Source: Octopus sinensis (taxonomy: Eukaryota). From it: a stretch of DNA of 64,000 nt. The position numbers and the translations under genes are program-made. Positions 50,520-61,953 of the stretch are shown in pieces (position 1 is the stretch's first letter; every line of letters begins with the position of its first letter). A model generated the notes under the pieces. The model was not told the DNA's origin, searched no databases, and saw only the letters and a list, made by a program, of their open reading frames with translations. The stretch spans positions 558,001-622,000 of the forward strand of contig NW_021829832.1 in assembly GCF_006345805.1 (NCBI RefSeq). Direction: 5' to 3'.

Positions 50520-50843
50520 TTCATTTTTGTTTGATTTTTCTTAGTTTTCTTATTTTTTTAGCATTTAGGTTATTAGGTCTGTACGTAGTATTTGTTCTTG
50601 GCAATCCGGTTGTTTTTTAAAACAAGGAGATTAAGTTTTTCAGTTTAAATATTAAAATACTCAATTATACTTATTTGGCTATACTCTAACAGTTTTGAAG
50701 GAATTCATTTTTTGGGGTATTACAGTCTAACAGAAAGCGGGGGTGCCCTTCCAAACAGGAAGTCTGGTTCAAACTATTGAATTATAGTTCATTTAAATTT
50801 TTGTTTATATTGCGAACAAAGAACTTTTTCACATTTTCCAAAG

Positions 50844-53500
50844 TTTTTTTTTTTTTTTTTCACATATTATATGTAATTAACAAATAGTTATTAACTAACT
50901 AAATTCCCGGCATCGTAAATGGAAACACAGTTTCCACGTACTATGGCCAAGGAAATCCTTTCGAAAAGCCACTTGGACTCGCGTGGGTCGCCCCGTTTAT
51001 GGGAGATCATGCGGCCAAGCTTTTTTAGAAAGGAAAGAGACTTTTCGCCGATGACGCCGGAAGTCTCGACGGCGATGGGAGTGAACAGATACCGTTCAGA
51101 GAGCTCCTTGTACTTTCCAATCTTCATCTTCTCGGTTTTGCGAGAGACTGAGCCAGGCTCGACAGCTGAAGAAGGAAGGTTGAGCTCCGAGAAAGTGTCT
51201 GAACACGTCGCATCCCATAACAGAGACTTGCCGAACTCAAACGGGAAAGTCGATAGGCCGTCGGGTCTTTTTCCGTCTCCCCCCGAGATTAACAGGCAGG
51301 GAAGATTGAAGCCACCCCAGAGCGTCGAAATGGATGTTGCACAGATACTCGGCTCCAGACTTCAAGATAGAATCGATATCGGATAACAGATTAGGCATGC
51401 GAAAACAAGGAGAACTCCTTAGGGTGTACAAAAGCCTCGGAGTTGAGAAATAGTTACGCAGAAGAAAGAACCCGACGTGGGCATCAATGAGGGAAAGCCG
51501 TTCGATCATGTTTGACAGATTGCTTGCCTTGGCGATGAGCGTTTGTGAGAGGGCCTCGTGACCAATTGGCGAACCAAGGATTACAAGGTCCTTTGTTTCT
51601 GATACCAGCGCGCCTTTTAGAATAGGTTCCAGGGCGTCCAGAGTTTCGGCAAAAAAATCGGAAGGAATATTCAGATTTAGGACTTCGGACTTGCTTGAGT
51701 TTATCTCCAGACCGATGGATGAAAGGGCCGGGATAATGCTCCGCAGGTCGTCTAGGACAGGGCGGGGAGGTCCACAAATCGTCGCGTCGTCCAAGTACCA
51801 GATATTTACCGAGACGGAGAGAGCGGACAGAATGAGCGACGGAGTTGACACACATAGCAAATAGGAAAGGCCCCAGGGGATCTCCCTGTTGCACTCCGGT
51901 CGATGAGACGATAAAGGAATCGCCAAACAGGAGGAGGCTGGGTTGTGAGTACGAAAGGTGGACTAGAGGATAAGCGGAGGGGGCGAGAGAAAGGCAGGTC
52001 TCGAGCAAATGATCCCGTCTCACTGTGTTAAACGCATTTGATATGTCCAGTTTAACTAAAAGATATTCCAATGAAGAATCCATAAGTTCTCTTACGGCAT
52101 GGGCAGCCGATTCACACCCTCCACTGACGCCGACGCCCAATTGGACTGGCAAAAATTTCGGGACCAACTCGGGGATCACAACGTGGCAAACGAGCTTTCC
52201 GGCCAATCTGCGGAAAACATTACCCACGGCGATCGGCCTGACCCCGTATATTTTTTGCCCAAAGCAGTGAGATTAGCCGAGAAGAAAATCGCCCGGGCAA
52301 AATCCGGTAAATTCCCACCGATAAGACGGTTACAGAGATTGGTGATAGATTCCAAGAGGAGACGCCCTGCCTCAGCAGTAAGAGGTGAAGTCAAGTCTTT
52401 AATGTGTCCGGGCTTCAGCCCATCTATACCCCCACTGCTGCTTGGGGAAAAACTTTTCAGTGCCTTCTCAACCTGTGAAGCGGTAACCAGCAGTTGCGGA
52501 AGGGCGGTCGTATCGACAGCGGGTTGGGTGCGGGAGTTTACTGGAGGACTGGGGTGCTTGGATCTCAAATTAGACAATGCGGAGGGAGATGGGGACAAAA
52601 GCCGGTTAGAGGAGGCAACAAGTCTGACAGCTCCGCGGACGTCGCCGTCCAACAGCTTGCTGTTCACCTTACGACGGAGGTAAATGCCAATCGGAGGAAG
52701 TTTTAGTGTTAACCACAGAAGGGGCGACACATTTGTGAGAGTCAGAGTGGAGGGAATCGAACTGGGAGGGAAACAGAGAAGTACAATGATCGAATAGGGC
52801 GAGTGCTGTTTAATAATCGATGCGGGAGAAAGTTTTTTAGACTCGCTGTCGGGCCGGGAGGGTTGGATCCAATACCGAAAACAGCAAAACCAAAAAGGAG
52901 TAACCAGTCAGACTGGTCATTAGATGACAAAGCGCGGTTTATAGCGTGGACAAAGATGAGAGCAGCTTGAATCCTCGCTGCCTTCGGTATCCGTGCCGGA
53001 ATTTTGCGGTTACAGCGAGAAGAATAGATGAATCTTAAAGCATCTTCGGCTGGCGGAGATGGACTTTCAGCAGGGATTTCCGGCGGACTGTTGGCCGGGA
53101 ACGGCCTGCAAGAACGACAAACAGGGCAGTTCCAGGTTATGAGAGAAGCTGAAACGCGCCTGGAAAGTCGAACACACGAAAGGTGGAAGAAACTGTTGCA
53201 GCCAGAACAGTATCTACCTTTCTTCCGATCGTTGCTAGTTTTGCACGAAGAGCAAATAGCCATCGTAGGAAAGAAATAGAAAAGAAAGATGGAAATGTAT
53301 AAAAAAGAAATAGAAAAGAAAGAAGAAAGAAGGACAGAAAGAAATGAAATAAAGAAATGGAAGAGATAGAAGGACAAATAAAATGAAAGAAAAAGAAATG
53401 AATGATAGATGAGAGATAAAATGAAAGAAAAAGATAAGATAGGTTGACAAATATACTGAAAAAGTGCACCACAAAACACAACGTGCAACGTGCAAAAAAA
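50844..53500 (-). mobile_element. CRE-clade non-LTR retrotransposon (PHD-like finger, RT, RLE), internally deleted, poly(A)-tailed
   Basis: A tail (T17 on the plus strand at 50844-60); SSGGIDGLKP, GNVFRRL, QLGVGVSGGCE, KLDISNAFN, GVQQGDPLGP, YLDD, GKRPDG, FTPIAVETSG; pyrimidine-rich 5' UTR. Confidence 0.92.
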
Positions 53501-53651
53501 AAAGTATGGCGATAATATGTCACGAGCCTAGGATGTTACCGAGCCTAGGTCGTTACACTTATGGACTTAGAAAAAAATTCAAAAAATATTTGAATTCAAT
53601 TTCAAAATCGACTTTGTCAAAAAAAATATTATAAAATGACAAATACTTAAA

Positions 53652-56600
53652 CGAACGAAGAATTTTATTGTAAGAAAGAAGAGCGAGACAGAAAATTAGT
53701 GCGGAAAGTAATTTTGACGAGACGATTGCTTTGGGCATTCGAGCTCTTCCATGGTTCGTCCGCTTTGTCTGTCTATGAGCAGGGACACCTGCTATTCTCC
53801 ACGATCGATGAATAGGTCAGTTACTTTAGAGCGTTTCCGAAAAGTTCGGATAGAAGCCTCGATGGCCTGCCGTAGCTCTGGAGACTTGCTCTCCGCCAGC
53901 TTGGGACAGGCTCCCATGGATTTAGCATATAGGCTAGTTTTAGAGCGTATCTTCGTATTTTTTCGCATTTTCGCAGAATTTTCTCATATTGTTTCGAGTA
54001 GAACCAAGCTTCCATACCATACAGTAGGCTGGGCAAGATTGTTGCATGGTATACAAATAGGAAGGTATTTGGATTCAAGTGCATGCTTCTTAGGAGTCGG
54101 AGAGCGGCGATGGCTTTCCCTTTTCTCCGTTTGAAATGCAAATGGTATCTCGAGTTTGCGTCGATTGTGAGCCCCAGGTAACGTATGCTCTCAGGGCGAG
54201 CAATTTCCACCAAAGAGCCGGGTTTGCGATCTTGCGACTTTCTTGGGTTAATTTGGAGATATGCAGATTTGTCCATGGCCAGCGAGAGTCGCTTACCAAT
54301 GCACCAATTCTTTATCTCCTCAATGTAGCCGGCAAGTCGTTTCTCCGAGGCATTGGTGTCCATCGAGGTGTCCAGAACGAGAACATCGTCCGCGTAGAGG
54401 AGTAGGGATGTCCTGGGATCGGAGGGTGGGGGAAACTGCTCATTACCAATTGAAAAAGATTGGGCTGAGACAGGACCCCTGCGGAACCCCCCTTCGGAGC
54501 GAAATATATCTTGAGAAGAAGCCCGACTCAGAGATAAAAGAGTAGCGATTTGAGAGGAAGCAGCGCATCCAGAGGAAGACTTCCGCTGTTGGCTCACAGA
54601 GTTCGATCCTTTCCAGGAGGTCTCTGTGCCAGACGCTGTCAAAAGCCTTTGAGATGTCCAGACATACAAGAGATAAAGTTTCTTTAAACTCCGTTGCTCT
54701 CGAGATGGTGGACTGTACCGTAATGAAACAGTCACCGCAGCTACGTCCAGAGCGAAAACCCCATTGCTGCGGGAGCAGCACTTTCTTCTCTTCGGCGTGG
54801 AAGTCGAGGCGCTTGGCCATAATTTTCTCCATCAGCCTTGAGATAGTTGGGATTAGGCTTATGGGACGGTAGCTGCTAGCGAGATTCACCGGTTTCGCAG
54901 GCTTTTTGATCATCCGGACCTCTGAGATTTTCCATTTTTCCGGCACATGGCCCCATTTGAGACTTGCCGTAAACAGATCCGCGAGGAACACATGTAGGTC
55001 TTCGGGTGCTTCCTTAAACAATCGCATCGGTATTTTGTCATGGCCCGGTGCGTTGCCTTTTGACGAACGGATGGCCCAGGTCACCTCTGCAATGGTGAGG
55101 TGATGGTCCGGCGACAGTGGGCGCGGCAGTGGCTCCGACTCCCGGTTTTGCGACGTTTCCGGATTGGCCTCCTGGATAGTGGCCAGGTGTTCTGCAAATA
55201 TGTTTGGCATCTCTTGTGGCGAGGCGGGCATACCAGACTGGTTGCACAACCTCGGGGGTGAGGATTTTCCTTCGAGGTTAGCCACTTTGTGGAAACAGTC
55301 CCAGAAATTTGGGTTTCTGTAGTCCAGGTTTTGACAAGCCTTCTGCCATTTCCTGGCTGCTTCCAGCTTTGTCGCGACGGACCTTATAACCAATTTCCGA
55401 GATCATGTTCCTAAGTCTTCCCCTGTCAGCTGGGTCCACACAGCGTTTGAGTTTATTTCTCAGCCGCTTCCTTTCGTTGAGGATGATCTTCACTTTCACG
55501 CTCAGAGTGGTCCTCCGTGCGCGGTCTGCACTTGACAATTCTCCGTACGACGTTAGATACTGAAGCATGAATTTGCTTAGCTTATCGCTTGCGGAGTCGA
55601 TGTCGAGGGCTGAGTTATACCCAACAGGGCGACCGTTGTCGTGCAGGAATGCACTTATGGAGCTCCTGTAGTGTGGCCAGTTGATCTTTGAGAGATTGTA
55701 GTGAGAGGAAATGTGTTCTTGTCTAACAATGCTAGTGTGAATTTTGATCTCCATTGGTAGGTGGTCACTTCCGATATCGTCAAGGACTGTAGGCTTTTCA
55801 TAAGGTTAGCGACAGAGTGAGAACAGATGCACAGGCACAGGTTGTCCCCGCCAAAGGGCGAGTGGTGGTTCGGGTCTTCGGATGTCCTGACGAAAACACC
55901 AAGCTTGTCAGTGACCTTCTTCAGTGTTCGACCATCTTGGTTGGTTAACCGACATCCAAACGCCGTGTGCTTCGAGTTTAAGTCTCCGATAAGAAGGCAA
56001 TGAGCTGTGCTTGAGAAGAATTCGTCAATCAATCTGATGCAGGGGGGGAGATATTTGCAATATATTCCACCGACCTTTATCCAGAAGGAATCAGTTTTCA
56101 CCTCAAGAGAGAGGAATTCGCACACCGTGCTCTCGATGATGGTGAGGTTACGGATTTGGAGGTTTTCGGCGTAGAAGATGCTCGAGCCAGTCCCTGGCGT
56201 AGAGCAGCTTCCCCATTTTAGGTCCACTGACCGGTAGCCCGGAAGTTCGTACGAGTGGTTTTCTTTGAGCTTAGACTCGTTGACGACAATAATGTCTGGA
56301 TGGCCGCTGTTTACCATCTCAACGAAGTCCTGGTGCCGTCTCTTGATAGATCGGGCATTCACAGCGATGATTTTGACTGGGGCTATGTTGCTGGCGTGCT
56401 CCCCTCTAATAGGAGCCGTTGCAGCACCTCAGGTTCCACACCAAGTTTGGTTAGAGCTCCCACACAACGATGAAAGAATTCCATAAGGGAGTCTCTGTTG
56501 TGCAGGTCTTCGTCCGAGAGGGCACCTCTTTGCGATGAGATATTGTCTGGAGGGGTGTTTGTCTTCTTGCGAGCAGCAGCCGTGCGGCCAGCTCTGGTAC

Positions 56601-57674
56601 TGGAACAAGTGTCAGCCGTCGGCTTCGGGTCGAGTTTAAAATCAAAGTCGGAGTCCGCCGATGTCTGAATGCAGACATCAGTCTTGATCGGATTCACAAC
56701 TGGCCTCTTTGTCCAGATCGACTCTGTGCGTTCGGCTTTCACCCAGCGAGCTGGGTTGCTGGCCGGCGGATTTCTCACAGCCCGTAAGGCTGCAGACGCG
56801 GCTTTGGCGAATGGGCATCCACCGTAACATGCCCAGTGTCCAGGACTGTTGCAGTTTATGCAGGTCTTGACAGCAGGGTCATTTGGTCTGGGGTCTGAGT
56901 TCGGACACCTATTGTGTCGGTGTTCGCCACCACAGACCAAGCAACGAACTTTTTCGGTGCACTTATGGGACGTGTGTCCAAATTGGTGACACCGAAAGCA
57001 TCTGACTGCCGGGGGTTTGTGCCATTCACATCGGATATGGCTGAAGCCCGCAGTTATTCCAAAGCGGATGAGGGTGTTGGCCTCTGCTCTGGAATCCAGG
57101 GTGAGTCTGCCGACAGGCATGTCTGTTCCATTGCGAGAGAATCTTTCGAACTTGAAGTCCGATTCTAGACTTTCTCTCAAGTGGAGGTTAAGATCCTCTG
57201 TCGAGATCCAATGAGGGATTCCTTTAAGGATCAAGACTGAGGCCTTCTCAGCTATTGAGGCAAGTTTATGGCCGCCTTCGCCAAACATATTCGATTGAGT
57301 CAGCTCTGCTTTGAACGCAGCAGCATCCTCGGGCGATCTGAATTTTAGAATGAAGGTGCCGGACTTCTGCAAAGTTATCCGAGCTTTGGAGGCAGTTAGC
57401 GACTTGGATAGGAGGTTAAACCTCTTGATCTTTCCAAGCGTCGGGTTTTCAATACTCAAGGAATATGTGAGGGTCTCATGGGATTGGGTCTCACTCTGTT
57501 TTTGGGGCCCAGTAGGCTTCGGCAGTTCTGTGGATCCTCAGCTTTGATTGGTTCACAAAAGGGCTGTGGCTTTGCCGCTGTTCGTCTTTGAGCTTTGGCG
57601 CAAGCTTTGATTGATGAGAGATTTTGATTATTCTTGACCATTTTTCTTTCTTTTCCTTGACCAAATTCAAAATT
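53652..57674 (-). mobile_element. Non-LTR retrotransposon related to the one at 14809-18678 (ORF1 open for 358 aa; ORF2 frameshifted)
   Basis: 12-bp TSD CAAATACTTAAA (53640-51 / 57675-86); CFRCHQFGH knuckles; NARSI, GDLNSKH, CLDISKAFDSVWH, GVPQGS, YADD; AATAAA + (TTCG)n tail. Confidence 0.93.
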
Positions 57675-57962
57675 CAAATACTTAAAATGGAATTGGATGC
57701 CCAAAATTCCGATGATAAAATTAAAATTAAATGCCAACAGTCTGTGCTTTAAAATCGATTTCCTAACTAAAAATAATATTTTAATTATGAATTGCTATTT
57801 TGTTCAAATAAGAAAAAATTCAAAATGCTTTCAAATAAAAAAAATACGCAGAAAATGTTATTTTATTCGAAAATTTTGTCTATTTGAATGTTGGCTATAA
57901 ATGTTTCTCTGCTAATTAGGATTTAAATTTTTTTATTAACAAAACAATCAAGACAAATTATG

Positions 57963-58215
57963 TTATTTAAATTTTTTAATTCTTTTCATAAGCGTCTTCT
58001 TAGTAGTTCCATCGTCCATTTCAACTCTGACCATATTATGCGGGAGGATTTCACTTATTGTACAAATTCTCGTATGGACTTCGAATTTCTTGAGTGCAAG
58101 TGAAGGATTGGTACCATAGTCCTTTTGAATCCTTATCTACAATTTAGAATAATTTGAGTTTACCTTATCTCCAATTTAAATGAATGTTTTGACTGATGAA
58201 CACCCATGAACACGC
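57963..58215 (-). pseudogene. C-terminal remnant of a Ginger-like integrase/transposase with a 27-nt intron (58137-58163)
   Basis: IGDK-IRIQKDYGTNPSLALKKFEVHTRICTISEILPHNMVRVEMDDG resembles the SH3-like tail of integrase-type transposases; it lies inside element B. Confidence 0.55.
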
Positions 58216-59155
58216 AATCGATACCCATCCATATCTCTTACAAAGAACGCGACATAAGTAACACAGAAGAACACGCCTTTATATATATATTACAATTACA
58301 GATGTATGGTTATCCGGATATTTTTGTTTCAATATTTAATAGATTATTTTAATATTAAGAATAATTTTATTAGGATTAGGGATAAATTAATTTTTAATCT
58401 TTATAGAAAAATAAGCGAAATGTCACGACCTAGGCTCGGTAACAACCTAGGCTCGTGACATAATACAATAAATTGTACTTTTTGCTCTATAGTTTGATAT
58501 TAATAGTCAGTTTGCCAGTTGTTTTGAAAAAGTACAGTTTTTATTGTAGAATTTGACTTGATCTTAAGAAAAGTAGTATAGAAGCTGCAGAAAACAGAAA
58601 TAAACAAAAAATTGTCAATTAACTTTGTCAAATACTTTTTTAAAGTTTTTAATAAGTGGGGAATTACGTTTTGTTAACATTGATGGTCGAAGTAGACTAC
58701 TTTAATGTTTTTCAAATTTTCCGTGTTTTGTTTATTTATGTTTTTATGGATTAATCGGTATTGCATGTTAGTCTTGGATTTTTGACTACAAAATATTGCA
58801 ATGATTATTCATTGTGTTATTTAGGAAGGTAAACAAATTTCCCTTTCCCTAAAGAATATTCATCAAATTCTGAATCGACGAAATCTATTTTATTGCATAA
58901 AATTAATCAATTAAAAATTTTTTGTTTAAAAGTTGTGCTTTTAGTAATTCTGATAATACTTACTACGGTTTGAGATAATAAATATTAAATTTTGATAATT
59001 TTTATAAAAATAATTTCGTGAAATTACTTTTTATATTATATTATTTATATGTAAATTTTAATAATTTAGTGAGGTTAACCTTATAAATAAACGATTTATT
59101 TAAGCTCTTAAACTGTAAATCAAATTATTTTTCTACTTTTTATTATGAACATTGA

Positions 59156-60308
59156 ATGAGGTCAAACTATCCCATCGAAAACCCTCGTAAATTCAGCGAA
59201 AAGATTGCTATGCATACTCATAAGCAAAGGCAAGAAATTGCTGAGTTTGATGCAGTAATGCGCGATCTCCACACAGATTTGTATATGGTATTTTTTTCAC
59301 ACGGTTTTTACCGGAAGAAAATATAAGGCGCTCTATTTAATCAGTTTTATGTGCATGTTCACCCCCTCTTTCCTTATCCCTACTAATTTATGCTTATTTG
59401 GCAATTGGATAATCAATTGATTGATTATATTTCAATATTCCACAAATCGATTGACCTTTAGTGCGAACTATAACACGCCCTCTTTAGAAGGACTCGTCTC
59501 AGACTCCTCTGCCAACAATCAACTCATTTGACCTGTTCGGTTCACAGGCTGCAAGTTCTTTTTCTACTTATCCAGACGTTCAACATGGATTCGACGTTTT
59601 ATAATCTCAATAATCCACAGGTTTCCCAAAACAGTGTTCCCGGCAGAAGGAAGCCTCCACACTGTGATTTCTATTCGACCGAAAGGTATCAGCATTGGCT
59701 CTATTCAGGACTCATTCCGAGCCTTTCCTCCCTGAAATGTCATATGGAAAGGCTTGGTCCTCTCCAAAACCTGGTCAGGAGGACAATCAATGTATTCAGG
59801 GCTTTAACCAATATTACTCCAATAACTGGAACTCAAAGTGACTAATCATTTCTCTAATTTAAGAATCCCTAACTACCTTCCAAGGAAATCTGCGTTTGAA
59901 GACAAATCTGGGACCCCCGAGGACAATTTTGGATATTACAGACCAGTACAATTGTGACTAAAACAGACTAGATTCACGACTCTGGGATATACGAGCCACC
60001 CTCAAATACATTTCAGGCACATCGACTGCTGAACGAACCATACGAAGAGTACTCAAATTCTCCTCTGGTTAACAAAATAAGACTAAATTGACAGTTTCGT
60101 GAGTCGGGGGATTATTACTATCGTTCTGAAGGAAATCGAGTTTCGACTTTTTCGAATGTAAAAATTAAATTTAATTCGAAAGGACTCGTTTAGACAGAAT
60201 ATGGATATTGACCAGTTTAATTTTTACGGAATAAACGAGGATGATTTCCTCAACTCGAGTTTTCCAAGTGCGGGGGAAGAGTCGGAAAGGGCAGGGAAAT
60301 ATAAGTAG
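59156..60308 (+). CDS. CRTC: CREB-regulated transcription coactivator (CRTC/TORC)-like, multi-exon; downstream exons tentative
   Basis: [30 protein letters not shown] is the TORC_N motif ([30 protein letters not shown]); acidic C-terminal exon ends at TAG 60308. Confidence 0.72.
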
Positions 60309-60989
60309 AGCACTGATTTTGTGCGTTGTATCTCACTAATATAGAATATATTATTTTTAATATTACTTATGTGAATCTGTCAATTTTTGTATTTTCCAAG
60401 ACATTAGAGTAATCTGCTTAAAGTACAAATCATTAGAGTGACGTCAATCTAAAATTCTTGCTTTAATTTGTTGAATGTTGAAATGAACGAGTGACGTACT
60501 AATTAAGCATTTTTTTTCGTTTTGCTGATGCTGGTTCGAATTGGGAGACCAAAATTGAATAGTCCACATCCAAAAAATGCGTATTTTTAAAAATAAATAG
60601 AATAATTGACGACTTTAGGGTATTTGTTAGGTAATAAAATGTTCTAACTAATATGAGTTGAAAGAAATAATCCTATTATGTTTAATACATCATTTTTAAT
60701 ACTAATCTATGATAAATAGAAGCAAAAAGTTTTTAATCTGACATTATTATATGGTAATGGCTATTTTGTCGAACTTTTTGTGAAACTGAATGATATAATG
60801 TCCGAAAACCACTTCGGGACATGTAGAAATTGCCAAAAGCAAAAGAACATGCATTAGTTAACGAATCCTAACAAATCCTTGACTATAACTAACTCATTGA
60901 GTGTTTTTTTTGGTGTTTTTGAGAATTCTCATTCATAAATCATTCCCAAATTGTGTAAGGCGTCAATGTTCTGCAAAACTTATTTCTGC

Positions 60990-61530
60990 ACGAAACCTTC
61001 ATTACAAAATATTACTTTGCTCTGATTGAGCAAATAAGAACGAAAAAAGTACGTGTTGTCAAACAAAAAGGAAAGATTGTACTTGTCTTCAGGACATCTT
61101 GATGTGAAGTGAGTAACGTCGTCGATTTAAATGAGTGAATTCTTACTATGATGACGATATTTTGTGGGATTATTCCGAAAGAACCCTACGGAAACTCACT
61201 AAGAGCACTTGTTGTCAATATTACATTGCTCTGATTAAACAAATGAGATCAATGAAAGCACGTGTTGTTTGATTGAATAAATGAGATCAAAAAGAAGCAC
61301 GTGCTGCCTGATTGAACAAATGAGATCGATGAAAGCATGTGAAGTTTGATTGAAAAAATAAGATTGAAAAAAACACGTGTTGTCTGATTGAACAAGAGAA
61401 AACAAAAAAAACCAAAAAAAGATTGTACTTGTTTTCAGGACAGCTTGGATGTGAAGTGAGTGACGCCTTCGATTTAAATGAGTGAATTCTTACTATGATG
61501 ATATTTTGTGGGGTTATTTCAAAAGAAAGG
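60990..61530. repeat. Minisatellite of about 39 bp nested in a tandem duplication of about 360 bp
   Basis: Repeated CACGTGTTGTCTGATTGAACAAATGAGATC-like units; 61020-61170 recurs at about 61370-61520. Confidence 0.8.
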
Positions 61531-61953
61531 CACCCATCCTATTAAAATTGGGTGGTACACATCTAGAGATCATAAAAAGGTATGTGTCGACTATGTATTG
61601 GTTTAGGTGCTACCCAGATTAATGTAAATAAGTTCTTCAAACTTCCAAAGGAATCACTACCTAAAAAGTGCTTCCCGACCCTCACCGATCAGTTATTCTT
61701 GCTTTTGAAAGATAGAGTATGACTGTCAAGTGTAGCAGTGAATCAGTCTCTACGGGCTGTCTTTTACTGAAACTTAGTCAGCCAGAGGGGCTGGACTGCA
61801 CCTCCTGAAAAAGGAGATTGGTCCATTTAAAGGCAGAGATTTTAAAAATTATTTACATTAAATTTAATAATTTATTTTAAACAAATAAAAATTCTTAAAA
61901 GATATTTTATAATAAAATGTATTAAATAATTTTTAACGGTAAGTACGTGTGGT

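Larger units (their letters stand above)
53518..58460 (-). mobile_element. TGT...ACA TIR DNA transposon (Ginger2/TDD-like), 'element B', deleted, with nested LINE
   Basis: 40-bp TIRs (53518-53557, 58421-58460; 2 mismatches); 5-bp TSD TAATA (53513-17 / 58461-65). Confidence 0.9.

Noticed and set aside
50700-50820. Possible SL RNA or snRNA (GGTTCAAA plus an Sm-like AATTTTTG)
   Set aside because: These motifs are expected by chance in AT-rich DNA, and no supporting fold or leader sequence was recognisable.
12785-51130. Sequence-specific target site for the CRE copies
   Set aside because: The 3' flanks of the five copies whose 3' ends are visible share no motif, and no convincing TSD was found.
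52742-53523. Phe/Leu/Ser-rich 'membrane protein' ORFs
   Set aside because: They come from the pyrimidine-rich 5' UTR of the CRE element; the credible start is the MAICSSC ATG near 53263.
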